From positions 64,001 to 128,000 of the forward strand of contig CAVVKJ010000010.1 in assembly GCA_963748815.1 (NCBI GenBank): DNA of 64,000 bases, written 5' to 3'. This document shows positions 43,824-53,613 of the stretch, piece after piece (position 1 is the stretch's first letter; each line of letters begins with the position of its first letter). The translations under genes were made by a program, and so were the position numbers. The notes below the pieces were generated by a model. It worked only from the letters and a program-made list of their open reading frames with translations, made no database searches and was not told where the DNA came from. The DNA comes from an uncultured Gemmatimonadales bacterium (GTDB lineage Bacteria > Gemmatimonadota > Gemmatimonadetes > Gemmatimonadales > GWC2-71-9).

Positions 43824-45104
43824 CTACGGCGCCCGGTAACTCGGCGGCAGCGTGAGATAGCGCCGGGTGAGCATGTCCTGCCGCGAGGGCGCCGTGTGTT
43901 CGACACCCCGCACGTAGACATGCTCGGCCCGGGTGGCGAACTCGAACGGATCGCCGCTCCACACCACCACATTCCCCTCCAGGCCCGGCTGCAACGCGCC
44001 GACCTTGTCGGACACCCCGAAGGCTACCGCCGGCTTCAGGGTGATAGCAGCCAGCGCATCGTCCCAGGTCATGCCGTACCCCACGGCGTTCCCGGCTTCA
44101 AAACGAATATTGCGGACGTTGAAGCCCTCCTCCCCGCCACCGGCATTCCCGATGAGGATCACGTCGACCCCGGCCCTGTTCAGGATCGCCGCGTTGTCCT
44201 GCCGACTGCCGAGTTGGGTGAAGCTGCGCGGGACGTTGTCCATGGCGCCTGTCATGACCGGCACGCCGGCGGCGGCGATCTTCCCCGCCACCATCCACGC
44301 CTCGTCCGCGCCGTAGAGGACCAGCTGGAGGTGGTAGAGGCGTGCGAGGTCGAGCGCCGCCTCGATGCTGGCGGCCTGATTCACGGCCAGGACCAGCGGC
44401 AGCTGTCCGGTGACGACCGGAATCATCGCCTCCATGTCGACCCGCCGGAAGGCGAACGGCCGCATCTTCGCCGCGTCGTAGGCCTTCTTGTTCGCCATGT
44501 AGGCTTTCGTGTCGTCCAGCAGTTCCACCAGCTTGCCGATGAGCTCACCCCGGGCACCGACGCCGGCGCTCCGGTTCCCCTCCAGCTGGCCGAACATGCC
44601 GATCGGCCCCCGCACCAGCACATCCGCCAGCGATCCCGCCCCGAGATCGATGGCCGCGCCCTGTCCCGCGATCAGGTTGCCATTGGGCCAGACGACCACG
44701 GATGTGACGCCGTGCTCGCGGTTGTCAGGGATGAGCACGCTCTGCGGGTTGTAGGCCAGCCAGGGCTGGAACGAGGCGGAGACTTCATCGAACCCGTCCG
44801 CGCTCGTCTCGTTGGCGTTGGCGCCGCTGCCCACCTCCGTGAGGCCGAGCTCCGAACTCGCGTTCACCAGGCCCGGCGTCACCCACTTGCCGGTGGCATC
44901 GATGACCGTGGCCCCGGCAGGCACGGCGACGGACGCGCCGACTGCGGTGATGGTGCCGTTCACGATCACCACCGTGCCGCCGGGAATCCTGGGGCCGCTC
45001 ACGGGGTAGACCGTGCCGCCGGTGATGGCGATGGTCTGCGCCTCGGCGATGGGGGCGGACAGGCCAAGTGCCAGGGCGATGATCCCGAGTCGAGTGACGC
45101 GCAT
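43824..45104 (-). CDS. Exported amidohydrolase-family protein lacking the HxH motif
   Basis: VIDATGKWVTPGLVNASS; NVVVWSGDPF; signal peptide. Confidence 0.85.
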   Translation of the reverse strand: MRVTRLGIIALALGLSAPIAEAQTIAITGGTVYPVSGPRIPGGTVVIVNGTITAVGASVAVPAGATVIDATGKWVTPGLVNASSELGLTEVGSGANANETSADGFDEVSASFQPWLAYNPQSVLIPDNREHGVTSVVVWPNGNLIAGQGAAIDLGAGSLADVLVRGPIGMFGQLEGNRSAGVGARGELIGKLVELLDDTKAYMANKKAYDAAKMRPFAFRRVDMEAMIPVVTGQLPLVLAVNQAASIEAALDLARLYHLQLVLYGADEAWMVAGKIAAAGVPVMTGAMDNVPRSFTQLGSRQDNAAILNRAGVDVILIGNAGGGEEGFNVRNIRFEAGNAVGYGMTWDDALAAITLKPAVAFGVSDKVGALQPGLEGNVVVWSGDPFEFATRAEHVYVRGVEHTAPSRQDMLTRRYLTLPPSYRAP

Positions 45105-46536
45105 CAGTTGGTCCCTCCCGTCGACGTCACGTAGCCGAGCTCGAAATCGGTCCGCCACCGCGCGCCCGGGTCGGTGCGATCGTAGAGCATCGCCCCATCG
45201 ACCCAGACCTTGTCGGCGTGGGTGTAGATGCTGAAGGGGTTGCCCGACCAGAGCACCACGTCGGCGTTCTTGCCGACCTCGATCGACCCGATCCGATCCT
45301 CGAGGCCCAGCGCCCAGGCGGATTGATGGTCATCCACTCCACCGCGTGGTCCTCGGAGATGTCGAGGCCGGCGGCCCGCCCTGCGGCGAGCGCCTTGGCC
45401 GTCTCCTGGTTGAGCCGCTGCGCGAAGGACTCGTCGTCGGAGTGGGTGATGGCCCGCGCGCCGGCGTGGTCCACCAGGGCGATGTTGGCCGGGATCCCGT
45501 CGAGGGCCTCCATCTTGAATCCGCCCCAGTCGGCCCAGAGCGACCCGGCGATGCCTTCCGCGGCGAGCACGTCGGCGATCTTGTACGCCTCGACGCCGTG
45601 GTGGAAGGAGCGAATCGAATAGCCGAATTCCTTCGCGATGTCGATCATCTGCATCATCTCGTCGGCGCGGTAGCAGTGGTTCTGCACCAGGATGTTGCCG
45701 CGCAGCACCTCGGCGAGCGTCTCGAGGGCAAGGTCCCGCTTGGGCGGAGAATTGGTCTTGGGGGCCGCCCAGTACTCATCCCACGAGCGCCGGTAGGCCT
45801 CGGCGTCAATCCATGCCTGCCGATACCCGGCGACGTTGCCCATCCGCGTCTGCGGGCCGCCCTTGTCGCCATAGACCCGCTTCGGGTTCTCACCACAGGC
45901 CATCTTCAGCCCGTACTTGGCGCCGGGGAACTTCATCCCCTGCACGCTGCGCGATGGCACCACCTTGAGCGTGACCCCTCGACCGCCGAAGAGGTTGGCC
46001 GAGCCGGGGAGCACCTGGAGGGTGGTGACGCCACCGGCCAGCACGCGAGGGAACTGCGGGTCCTGGGGCCAGACCGAGTGCTCCGCCCAGACGTACGCGG
46101 TGTTCGGCTTGACCGCCTCGTTGCCGTCGCTGTGGGACTCCACGCCCGGGGCGGAATAGACGCCGAGGTGGGAGTGAGTGTCGATGATGCCGGGGGTGAC
46201 GAACTTGCCGGTGCCGTCGACGACCACGGCATCCGCGGGCACCGCCACCTGGGTGCCCACCGCGGCGATCTTTCCGTCCTTGAGCAGCACCGATCCGCCG
46301 ACGATCCGCGGGCCGGCGGCCGTAAGGATCGTGACGTTGGTGATCAGCGTCGGTCGGGAGGGAAACGGCCGGTAGGTGCTCGGAAAGGGATCGGCGTTCG
46401 GGAGTGCCACGCCGCCTTGACCCGGGGGGCTCTTCGGCATGCTGTCGCGCCGAGCGGAGTCGGGCTTGGCACGCTGGGCAGAGAGAGGACCCGCGAAGGC
46501 AATGCCGAGGGCGACAATGAGGGCTAGACGACGCAT
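45104..46536 (-). CDS. Exported amidohydrolase-family protein; frameshift near 45320
   Basis: TPGIIDTHSH, KMACGENP, HCYR, FHHG, HSDD, ADVVLWSGNPF. Confidence 0.9.
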
Positions 46537-46632
46537 GGTGTGGTCGACCTCTGGCCTGGTGAAGACAAGCGGGGGAGCGCCCACAGGACGCCCCCCCAAC
46601 CTATGCCGGCCAAGCCGAATCGGCCACCAGTC

Positions 46633-47130
46633 CTATTTCAGCTTGGCGGCCTGCAGTTCGGCCCAGGTCCAGGGGGCGGTGCGGCCCGCGGTGGCCGATC
46701 GGACCGCCGCCACCTCGGCGGCAGTCACCGCGGAGGCTGCGTTGCCCCACGAGGCCCGAACGTACGTGAGCGTTGCGGCGATGTCGTCGTCACTGAACTG
46801 ACCCCAGGCCGCCATCACCCCGTTGTAGGTGGCCCCGTGCACGGTCAGCGGACCCTGCAGCCCGTGCAGGACGATGGCAATCGGCACCTCCGCCGGGCCG
46901 GTGGCGATCTCCGAACCGGCCAGCGGCGGGAAGGCATTGGGCACGCCCTGGCCTTCCGCCTGATGGCAGGTCTGACAGACGGCGTACTGCCCCTGCGGCA
47001 TGGCCGCGGGAGTGGCGGGGGCGGCGGAGGCCGCCTCGGCCGGGGGGGCTGCTTCCTGCTTCTCGCCGCCGCAGGCCGCGAGGACGAGGGCGAGCGCGCC
47101 CAAAGTGGTGGTCCTGCCCAGGGAGGTCAT
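46633..47130 (-). CDS. Monoheme cytochrome c lipoprotein
   Basis: LAA-C lipobox; CQTCH; FPPLAGS; NGVM distal Met. Confidence 0.9.
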   Translation of the reverse strand: MTSLGRTTTLGALALVLAACGGEKQEAAPPAEAASAAPATPAAMPQGQYAVCQTCHQAEGQGVPNAFPPLAGSEIATGPAEVPIAIVLHGLQGPLTVHGATYNGVMAAWGQFSDDDIAATLTYVRASWGNAASAVTAAEVAAVRSATAGRTAPWTWAELQAAKLK

Positions 47131-47171
47131 CGTGGCTGTTCCTTTGCGCTGATTGGGGGTCGAGAGACTCA

Positions 47172-48330
47172 TCAGGGGTTGGCCGGCGAGCCCTTCGGCC
47201 AGGGGTTGGAGAACGCCGGGTTGGTGATGAATGTAGAGTCGGTGAGGCTCCGGAGGAATGCCAGCACATCCGCCCGCTCAGACGGACTCAGGTCAAACCC
47301 GACGAGGAAGCCGCTCTTGTACGGGTTGGCGCTGCCGACACCGGCGTGCGGGCCGCTGGCAATGGTCCGCCCACCCGCCATGTAATGGTCCAGGACCTCA
47401 TCAAGCGTCGCGATGCTGCCGTCGTGCATGTACGGGGCGGTCAATGCGATGTTCCGGAGTGACGGCGCCTTGAACCGACCCATGTCCTGCGGAAGCCCGG
47501 TGAACTCAATCAGTCCGACGTTGGGCGCCGGGTATCCGCCGAGCCCGTCGATGTTGTACAGGGCGTTGTTGTGGAACTCCTTCTCCGCGAAGCCTTTCCC
47601 CTCGTAATCCGTCGAGCCGGTGAAGTTGAACCCGCCATGGCAATGGAAGCACTCCAGCCGTTCGCTGAAGAACAGCTCGCTCCCGCGCTTCGAGGCGGCC
47701 GAGATGGCGAGCGGTTTCCCCTGGCGCGCGAACCGGTCGTATGGGCGAATCCCCCGAGATGAGGGTGCGCTGGAAGGCGCCCAGCGCGCGCGTGATGGTG
47801 GCGACCGAAATGGACGCCGTGTCGCCGAAGGCGGCGGGGAAGAGGCGCTGGTAGAGCGTGTCGGCCCCGAGCCGGTTGAAGAGCGCCGTTTCCTGGCCGG
47901 AGAGGCCGAGCTCGATGGGCGACTCGCCGAACATCGGCGTGAGGGCCTGGTGCTCCAGCGCCGTTTCGTTCGGATTCGCCCAGGTCAGGACCGAGGCGTA
48001 CCCGGCGTTGGTCAGCCCCATGCTATTGCGGGGGTGGACCATCCCCGTGGCCCCGATCCCGGTGAGATTGGAGTCCGCGAACGCCCGCCGCTGCTCGTGG
48101 CAGGACGCGCACGAGAAGGTGCCGGTGACGGACATCCGGGCGTCGTAGAACAGCCTCCGGCCAAGCTCCACCTTCTCCACCGACATCGGGTTGTCCGCCG
48201 GGACCCTCGGCTGCGGGAACCCCGCGGGGAGGTTCCACTGGAACCCCGTCACGCCCGGCGCCGTGGGACCGTCCTCCGCGCAGGCGAGGAGGACGGCCGC
48301 GGCGGCCAGGAGGAGCAGCCGCTTGGTCAC
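47172..48330 (-). CDS. mbnH: MbnH-family di-heme enzyme (bCcP/MauG superfamily); apparent frameshifts near 47690-47750
   Basis: [50 protein letters not shown]; follows mbnP. Confidence 0.85.
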
Positions 48331-49187
48331 GGGGCGCTGCTGCGGAAGAGGGCCTGCGTCGCCAACGGCGAGCCGTCGACAGTGGAGACGCCGAGCGCCG
48401 GCAGGATGGCGCCGCACTCCGGATCGGTCGTGCCTGACATGCAGCCCGGCGCGGCAGTGTTCACGTCCACGTTCGAGGAGGCGTACAACTCGCCGACGTC
48501 CGCGATGACGACGTCATTGGCGACGTCGAACACCGGCAGGGAGATCTCGGCCATGTTCAGGTTGGTGCAGGCGGTCGGCGGGTCGGTCGGCGAGGCGCCG
48601 TTGCAACCGGTGCTTCCGAGGTGGACATACCAGCCGGTGGGCTGGCCGGTCGTGCCGACATCCAGCCGGAGGAACTTGTAGCCGCCGTTCCAGCTCCAGA
48701 ACATCTCGGTCAGGTCCAGCGGCGAGGCTGCGGTGGTCGGGTCGGAGTGGTTGAGCGCGAAGGGAACGCCGAGCGTGAACTTCAGGCCGGTGTAGCTCCC
48801 CTTCGCGACCTTGCCGGTGACGACGGTCCGCGTGGCCGCGGTCCCGTTGGCGCATCCCGGAGGACCGTCCTCGAAGTCCACCAGCGCGACGCCCTTCGAC
48901 TGCCACGGCGCCACGCTGTCGAGGGTCACGGCGACTTCATCGCCGTTGGCCTGCACGAGGCGGACGTTCGTCACGTACATGCGGAAATCGGTCGGCGAGA
49001 TGGTCGAGCCGGTCGTGCCGATGTTGGCGTACGACTGGCCGCAGGCGAAGGCGACGCCGTTCACCTCGGCGGCGAACTCGACCGAGACGGCGTCAGTCTG
49101 GTTCGGGTCGGTGGCGTCGTCACTGCAGGCGCCGAGCAGCAGGGCACCGGCGCAGGTGAAGACGGCGGTGCGAATGAGATGCGACAT
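48327..49187 (-). CDS. mbnP: MbnP-family copper-binding lipoprotein (four-Cys type)
   Basis: LGA-C lipobox; FTLGVPFALNH, MFWSWNGGYKF (WxW), HLGSTGC. Confidence 0.85.
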   Translation of the reverse strand: MSHLIRTAVFTCAGALLLGACSDDATDPNQTDAVSVEFAAEVNGVAFACGQSYANIGTTGSTISPTDFRMYVTNVRLVQANGDEVAVTLDSVAPWQSKGVALVDFEDGPPGCANGTAATRTVVTGKVAKGSYTGLKFTLGVPFALNHSDPTTAASPLDLTEMFWSWNGGYKFLRLDVGTTGQPTGWYVHLGSTGCNGASPTDPPTACTNLNMAEISLPVFDVANDVVIADVGELYASSNVDVNTAAPGCMSGTTDPECGAILPALGVSTVDGSPLATQALFRSSAP

Positions 49188-49314
49188 TGGCGTAGCTCCG
49201 GGCAAGGCATGGGACATCGGCCGACCGGGGCGCGCACGCCGGTCAGGCGAGGCGTCCGGTCACGGGGACCGACGACGAATTGTCAGCGGGAGAGTCCGGT
49301 CGGGTGACCGGTGC

Positions 49315-49695
49315 TCAGGCCTGAGCGGGGGGAGGCTGTGCCAGGTGAAGGGAGAAGTCCGGACGGAGGTAGGGACGAACCTCGACTTCGGGAAGGCTGG
49401 TGACGCCCAGCGCCACCACCACGGGGACCACCTGCACGGTGGTGGTGGGGAGACTTGGGGCCGCGGCCGAACAGGACATGCCCACACACTGGCAGTCGCC
49501 GGGGCCTGGTGCCGGGACTGGTTCGTCCGCCGGGGCGTGCGAATGGTGGCTCGCCATTGCTGCCATCGGTGGCGCGCCCTGCGTCGTGTCCATTCCGCAG
49601 CCGTGGAAACGCCCGGGCGCAGCCGAGCCCGCCGTGAAGGTCACGGCGAGGAGGAGGCTGAGCATCCATTTGGACGGGCGAGGGCGCAAGGGCAC
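49315..49695 (-). CDS. Small exported Cys/His-rich protein with Pro-rich C-terminus (DUF2946/CruR/CutF-like upstream ORF)
   Basis: Signal-like N-terminus, HGC, MASHHSH, CQCVGMSC, C-terminal AQPPPAQA; directly upstream of mbnP. Confidence 0.6.
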   Translation of the reverse strand: MPLRPRPSKWMLSLLLAVTFTAGSAAPGRFHGCGMDTTQGAPPMAAMASHHSHAPADEPVPAPGPGDCQCVGMSCSAAAPSLPTTTVQVVPVVVALGVTSLPEVEVRPYLRPDFSLHLAQPPPAQA

Positions 49696-49757
49696 TCCGA
49701 AGCAGGTTGAGGCCTATCCCCCGAAATATTGTGAGGATCGACCTGCATGGCAACCTG

Positions 49758-50519
49758 TCACGGCGCGCGTCCGATCTCCTTCAGCCTCGCGCGCGCTTCA
49801 TCATTGGCGGGATCGAGCGCGATCGCCTGTCGATAGGCGGCGGCCGCCGCCGTCGTGTCGCCGCGCATCACCTGCACATTCCCCCGGAAGACATACATCC
49901 CCGACGAGCGGGGGTACATCTGCTCGTTCAGGTCGAGGAGCGCGAGGGCAGCGCTGTACTGCGTTTCCCGCGCGACCCGAAACGCGGCAATGTTGAGGCT
50001 TCGCTCTCCGAAATCGTAGGCGTCCGCCCCGTAGTACTCATCCCGCAGGCGGGTGTACACCCGGGTCCCGGAGTCGGCCCCGCCGGCCAGGGTGGCGTCG
50101 ATGATGATTGTGCTGAGAGGAATCGGCTTTTCCACCCCACGGTGACAGGTGCGACAGGTCACCTCCACGTGAGGCGCATCGTGCCCCCGTGCGTGGTCGT
50201 GCGGGAGGGTGTCGAGCCGGCGGTTGACCTCCTCCACCATCAGCATCATCTGGCGCGCAGTGCGCTTGGTCGGCTTCTCGTCGCTCGCGAAATCGAAGGT
50301 GGAGAGCGGCTGGCCTTCCTGCCCGACATGGCAGAACGGGCACCGGACGCCGAGCGCGAACGTGATGTTGCGCATCTGCCCGACGACCTGCATGACCGGC
50401 GTGTTCCTGGGGATGACCGTGGTATTGACGAGGGAGTCGGGGGGCCAGTGGCCGGTGGCCTGGGCGGCGAGCAGGGAGGGGCAGGCGATCAGCAGGGCAA
50501 GCGCGGCGGCGCGTGGCAT
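49758..50519 (-). CDS. Diheme c-type cytochrome with C-terminal TPR
   Basis: Signal peptide; LGVRCPFCH; VTCRTCH; AYRQAIALDP. Confidence 0.85.
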   Translation of the reverse strand: MPRAAALALLIACPSLLAAQATGHWPPDSLVNTTVIPRNTPVMQVVGQMRNITFALGVRCPFCHVGQEGQPLSTFDFASDEKPTKRTARQMMLMVEEVNRRLDTLPHDHARGHDAPHVEVTCRTCHRGVEKPIPLSTIIIDATLAGGADSGTRVYTRLRDEYYGADAYDFGERSLNIAAFRVARETQYSAALALLDLNEQMYPRSSGMYVFRGNVQVMRGDTTAAAAAYRQAIALDPANDEARARLKEIGRAP

Positions 50520-50570
50520 GGGGTCCTCAAGGTGGTTGGGGGAACACCTTGGTCCCGTACGGGCGGGGTT

Positions 50571-50609
50571 GCGCCGGGTTTCGCCGACCAAAGCGGGGAA
50601 CCCGGCGCG
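50571..50609 (-). terminator. Hairpin after the beta-barrel gene
   Basis: GCGCCGGGTT...AACCCGGCGC. Confidence 0.5.
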
Positions 50610-50615
50610 TCTCGC

Positions 50616-51176
50616 TCAGAACCAGGTGAAGCCAAGGCCGAACTGGAAGAGGTGGACGTTGGCGTCTACGCCGAGATCCATCCCGGCGTAGGAATAGGAG
50701 CCGCCGAACTGGTTCAAGTAGTTGATGTATGGAGTCAGGGCGAAGTTCCGTGCCAGCCGGAAATCGTATCCCGCGCCGATCGAGCCGGCAAACCCGCCGG
50801 TGGAGAGGTCGGAGTCGACCGAAGCGTAGGAGTATCCGAGACCGCCCTTGAGATACAGCCCGTTCTCAACCATGGGGTACCACTGTACGACCCCCATGAT
50901 GGCGCCGAGGGATGGCGCGTTGTAATAGTCGGAGTTGCTGCCGACCCAGCCATTGCTCTCCGCCGCCAGGAAGACCGACGGGTTGAGGTAGCCGCCCAGC
51001 CTCAGGTAGCCGGAGAGTTCGGTGCTGGCCAGCTCGTCGCAGTCATTGCAGAAGCCGGCGCTCCCGGCGCCGAGGCCGAGGCTGATCCCGAACCCCTCCC
51101 TGGTCTGGGGGTGCTGGGCAACGGCGAGGGCGGGCGTGAGGAGGGTGAGGCAGAGGATGCAGAGCATGCGGTTCAT
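50616..51176 (-). CDS. Small outer-membrane beta-barrel protein
   Basis: Signal peptide, alternating aromatic/Gly strands, C-terminal GFTWF. Confidence 0.8.
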   Translation of the reverse strand: MNRMLCILCLTLLTPALAVAQHPQTREGFGISLGLGAGSAGFCNDCDELASTELSGYLRLGGYLNPSVFLAAESNGWVGSNSDYYNAPSLGAIMGVVQWYPMVENGLYLKGGLGYSYASVDSDLSTGGFAGSIGAGYDFRLARNFALTPYINYLNQFGGSYSYAGMDLGVDANVHLFQFGLGFTWF

Positions 51177-51240
51177 GGGGCGCCTCCGGGGAGTGGTGGA
51201 GACGGCGGGTTGCCGTCTTGAGCAACACTCCCCAGGGCCA

Positions 51241-51257
51241 GTCAAGCGCGCGTCAAG
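51241..51257 (-). promoter_or_regulatory. Direct repeat CTTGAC-N5-CTTGAC, candidate operator
   Basis: GTCAAG at 51241 and 51252. Confidence 0.45.
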
Positions 51258-51260
51258 CGC

Positions 51261-53561
51261 CTAGAACTCCACGTTCACCCCGATCGTGGGGAGCACCCCC
51301 AGCGCCTCGTTGAATTCCTCCTGCTGGGTGCGCTCGTTCCAGTAGGTCCCGGTGACGTTGGCCCGGCCGAGGAGGTTCTGGATGTCCAGGTAGATATCGA
51401 GCTGCACCGACTGGAACGACCAGCGTCGGTCGATTCGGATGTCGACGGCCGAAAAGGTCGGCAGCCGCTCCTGGTTGTAGTAGGTGAAATCCCGTTCCCC
51501 CTCCAGCGCCCCGCTCGTCGCGAAGGGTGTATACGGGAGCCCGGAGGAAATGCGGTACTTGCCGCTGACTTCCCACCTGGGATTGAACCGCCATCCCGCC
51601 AGGAAATTGCCGATGAAGCGGGTCTCGAACCCGCCGGTGTAGTAGACGCTGTCCACCCCGGCGAACTCCGAGCGGTTGGCCGTCAGCGACACCAGCCCGT
51701 AGAGCGGGACCGTGCTGAACTTCTTCTGCAGCTGGACCTCCACGCCGTAGCTCCGCCCGGTACCGATGCTGCTCAGCGGCTCAAGCCCGGAGGGAATGTC
51801 CGATGTCACGTCGTCGAAACCGGCCGGCTGCAACACCGCCTCCGGCCGATAGAGCCGCGCCGCGTAGTCGGCGTACCGCTTGTAGTAGACCTCCACCTGG
51901 CCCTTGAGGTCCGGCCGGAAGAGCCGCTCGTAGCCCAGGATGGCCGTGCTGGCGCGGATGGGGTCCAGCCGGTCCACGTTCCCCGGGTCGCCGACCAGCC
52001 AGATGAACTGCGGGGCCTGGTAGTACTGGCCCAGGCTCAGGTTCAGGGAGCCGGAGGCGCCGAGGGGGATATTGGCGCCGATCCGCGGTGCCACGCGGAA
52101 TGCGTCGAGGAACTCATACCAGTCGCCGCGGAGCCCGGCCGTCAGCCGGACGTTGCCGACGAAGAGCGAGGCCTGCGCGTACGTCGCATTCCTGAGCGCT
52201 GAAAAGGTGGTGTCGACGGCCAGCGGCCTTGGCTGGTTGAGGCTGTCGGTCCGGTACTCACCGGCGAGGAGCACGTCGTAATCCAGTTGATCCGCGACGC
52301 GCAGTGTGTTGCCGAAGGTGACCTGCAGGCGGGGCGTGAACTGCCAGGCCAGCTCGGTCTTGAGGCTGTTGTCGCCCTCTTCCGACCGATTGAGGTAGAC
52401 CGGCGCCAGGAGGGTGTCGTACTGGCTGGTGGAGAACCGGGTCCAGGTGCGCCCCAGCGTGGCCGTGAGGAGCCCCTTCGGCAGGGAGTAGTTCCAGGTC
52501 AGGCCGGTGAAGTAGCTCTTCTGGTCGGGGGCGGCGATTCGGCTGTTGTCCAGGCGGTCGTCGGCGGTGGCGTCGTCGAGGATGATGTTGTCGAGCGCGC
52601 CCACCGCGATCAGCGAGAGCGAGCTCCGGGTGCCGAGGCGCTGGGTCAGCTTGACCTGCGCATCCCAGTATTCCGGGATGAACGCAAAGTCCGCCGCGCG
52701 GAACACCAGGTCCAGGTAGCTCCGCCGCACGCTGGCCAGGAAGGTGCCGTTCTTCCCCATCGGCCCCTCGGCGATGACGCCGAAACCCGTCGCGGAGAGA
52801 TTGACCTCCCCGGCGAGGCGTTCGCTGTTGCCTTCGCGCAGCGAGAAGCTGGCGAGCGACGCCGTGCGGTCGCCGTACTGGACGCCGAAGCCCCCCGCGG
52901 AGAAGCTCGCCTCCCGGATGAAGTCGATGTTGAGAATGGTGAGCGGCCCGCCCGTGGAACCCTGGTTCCCGAAGTGATTGATGTTGGGGACCTCGAGCCC
53001 GTCCACGAGGAAGAGGTTTTCGTACGGGGCTCCTCCCCGCACGGCCAGGTCGTTGCGTCCACCGGTGGTCACCGCCACGCCGGGGAAGAGCGCCACCGCC
53101 CGCACCACATCCTCCTGGACGCCCGGTGCCCGGCGCACATCTTCGGCGCTCAGGTTCCCGCTGCTGGTGGCCGATTCGATTTCGGGCTGAAATTCCGGGG
53201 CGTCCACCACAATCTCGGCAATCTCGACAATCCGTGGCGTGAGACGAAGCTCCAGTTCCAGCGGCTTGCCGCTGCCCACGAGGATGTCCGTCAGGACGAC
53301 CGGCTCGAACCCGATCGCGGTGGCCCGCACCCGCCAGGCCCCGACAGGGACGCTGTCGAGGAGGTACCGCCCGAGGGCCCCGGAGCTGGCCGTCCGGCCG
53401 GTGCCCAGCACTTCCACGCGGACGCCCTCGACCCCGGCCCCGTTTTCGGTGCTGACGACCCGCCCGACGATCGAGCCGGTCGGCGGCCGGGGGGATTGCT
53501 GAGCCGCAAGCGGGCCTCCCCCCATGGCACCGACCAGGAGGGCGAGGAAGACTCGTGTCAT
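51261..53561 (-). CDS. TonB-dependent receptor with N-terminal carboxypeptidase regulatory-like domain
   Basis: GSIVGRV, plug region VRGGAPYENLFLVDG, C-terminal IGVNVEF. Confidence 0.9.
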   Translation of the reverse strand: MTRVFLALLVGAMGGGPLAAQQSPRPPTGSIVGRVVSTENGAGVEGVRVEVLGTGRTASSGALGRYLLDSVPVGAWRVRATAIGFEPVVLTDILVGSGKPLELELRLTPRIVEIAEIVVDAPEFQPEIESATSSGNLSAEDVRRAPGVQEDVVRAVALFPGVAVTTGGRNDLAVRGGAPYENLFLVDGLEVPNINHFGNQGSTGGPLTILNIDFIREASFSAGGFGVQYGDRTASLASFSLREGNSERLAGEVNLSATGFGVIAEGPMGKNGTFLASVRRSYLDLVFRAADFAFIPEYWDAQVKLTQRLGTRSSLSLIAVGALDNIILDDATADDRLDNSRIAAPDQKSYFTGLTWNYSLPKGLLTATLGRTWTRFSTSQYDTLLAPVYLNRSEEGDNSLKTELAWQFTPRLQVTFGNTLRVADQLDYDVLLAGEYRTDSLNQPRPLAVDTTFSALRNATYAQASLFVGNVRLTAGLRGDWYEFLDAFRVAPRIGANIPLGASGSLNLSLGQYYQAPQFIWLVGDPGNVDRLDPIRASTAILGYERLFRPDLKGQVEVYYKRYADYAARLYRPEAVLQPAGFDDVTSDIPSGLEPLSSIGTGRSYGVEVQLQKKFSTVPLYGLVSLTANRSEFAGVDSVYYTGGFETRFIGNFLAGWRFNPRWEVSGKYRISSGLPYTPFATSGALEGERDFTYYNQERLPTFSAVDIRIDRRWSFQSVQLDIYLDIQNLLGRANVTGTYWNERTQQEEFNEALGVLPTIGVNVEF

Positions 53562-53613
53562 GCGTGGGGTACCCCGGCCTGGCCGCCCCGCATTCCCGGC
53601 GGGTTGGCGCCGG

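Noticed and set aside
47172..49187. Methanobactin biosynthetic cluster
   Set aside because: No precursor peptide or mbnB/mbnC genes in the window.
49758..50519. Photosynthetic reaction-centre cytochrome PufC
   Set aside because: Only two CxxCH motifs plus a TPR, and no puf or bch genes; not evidence for phototrophy.
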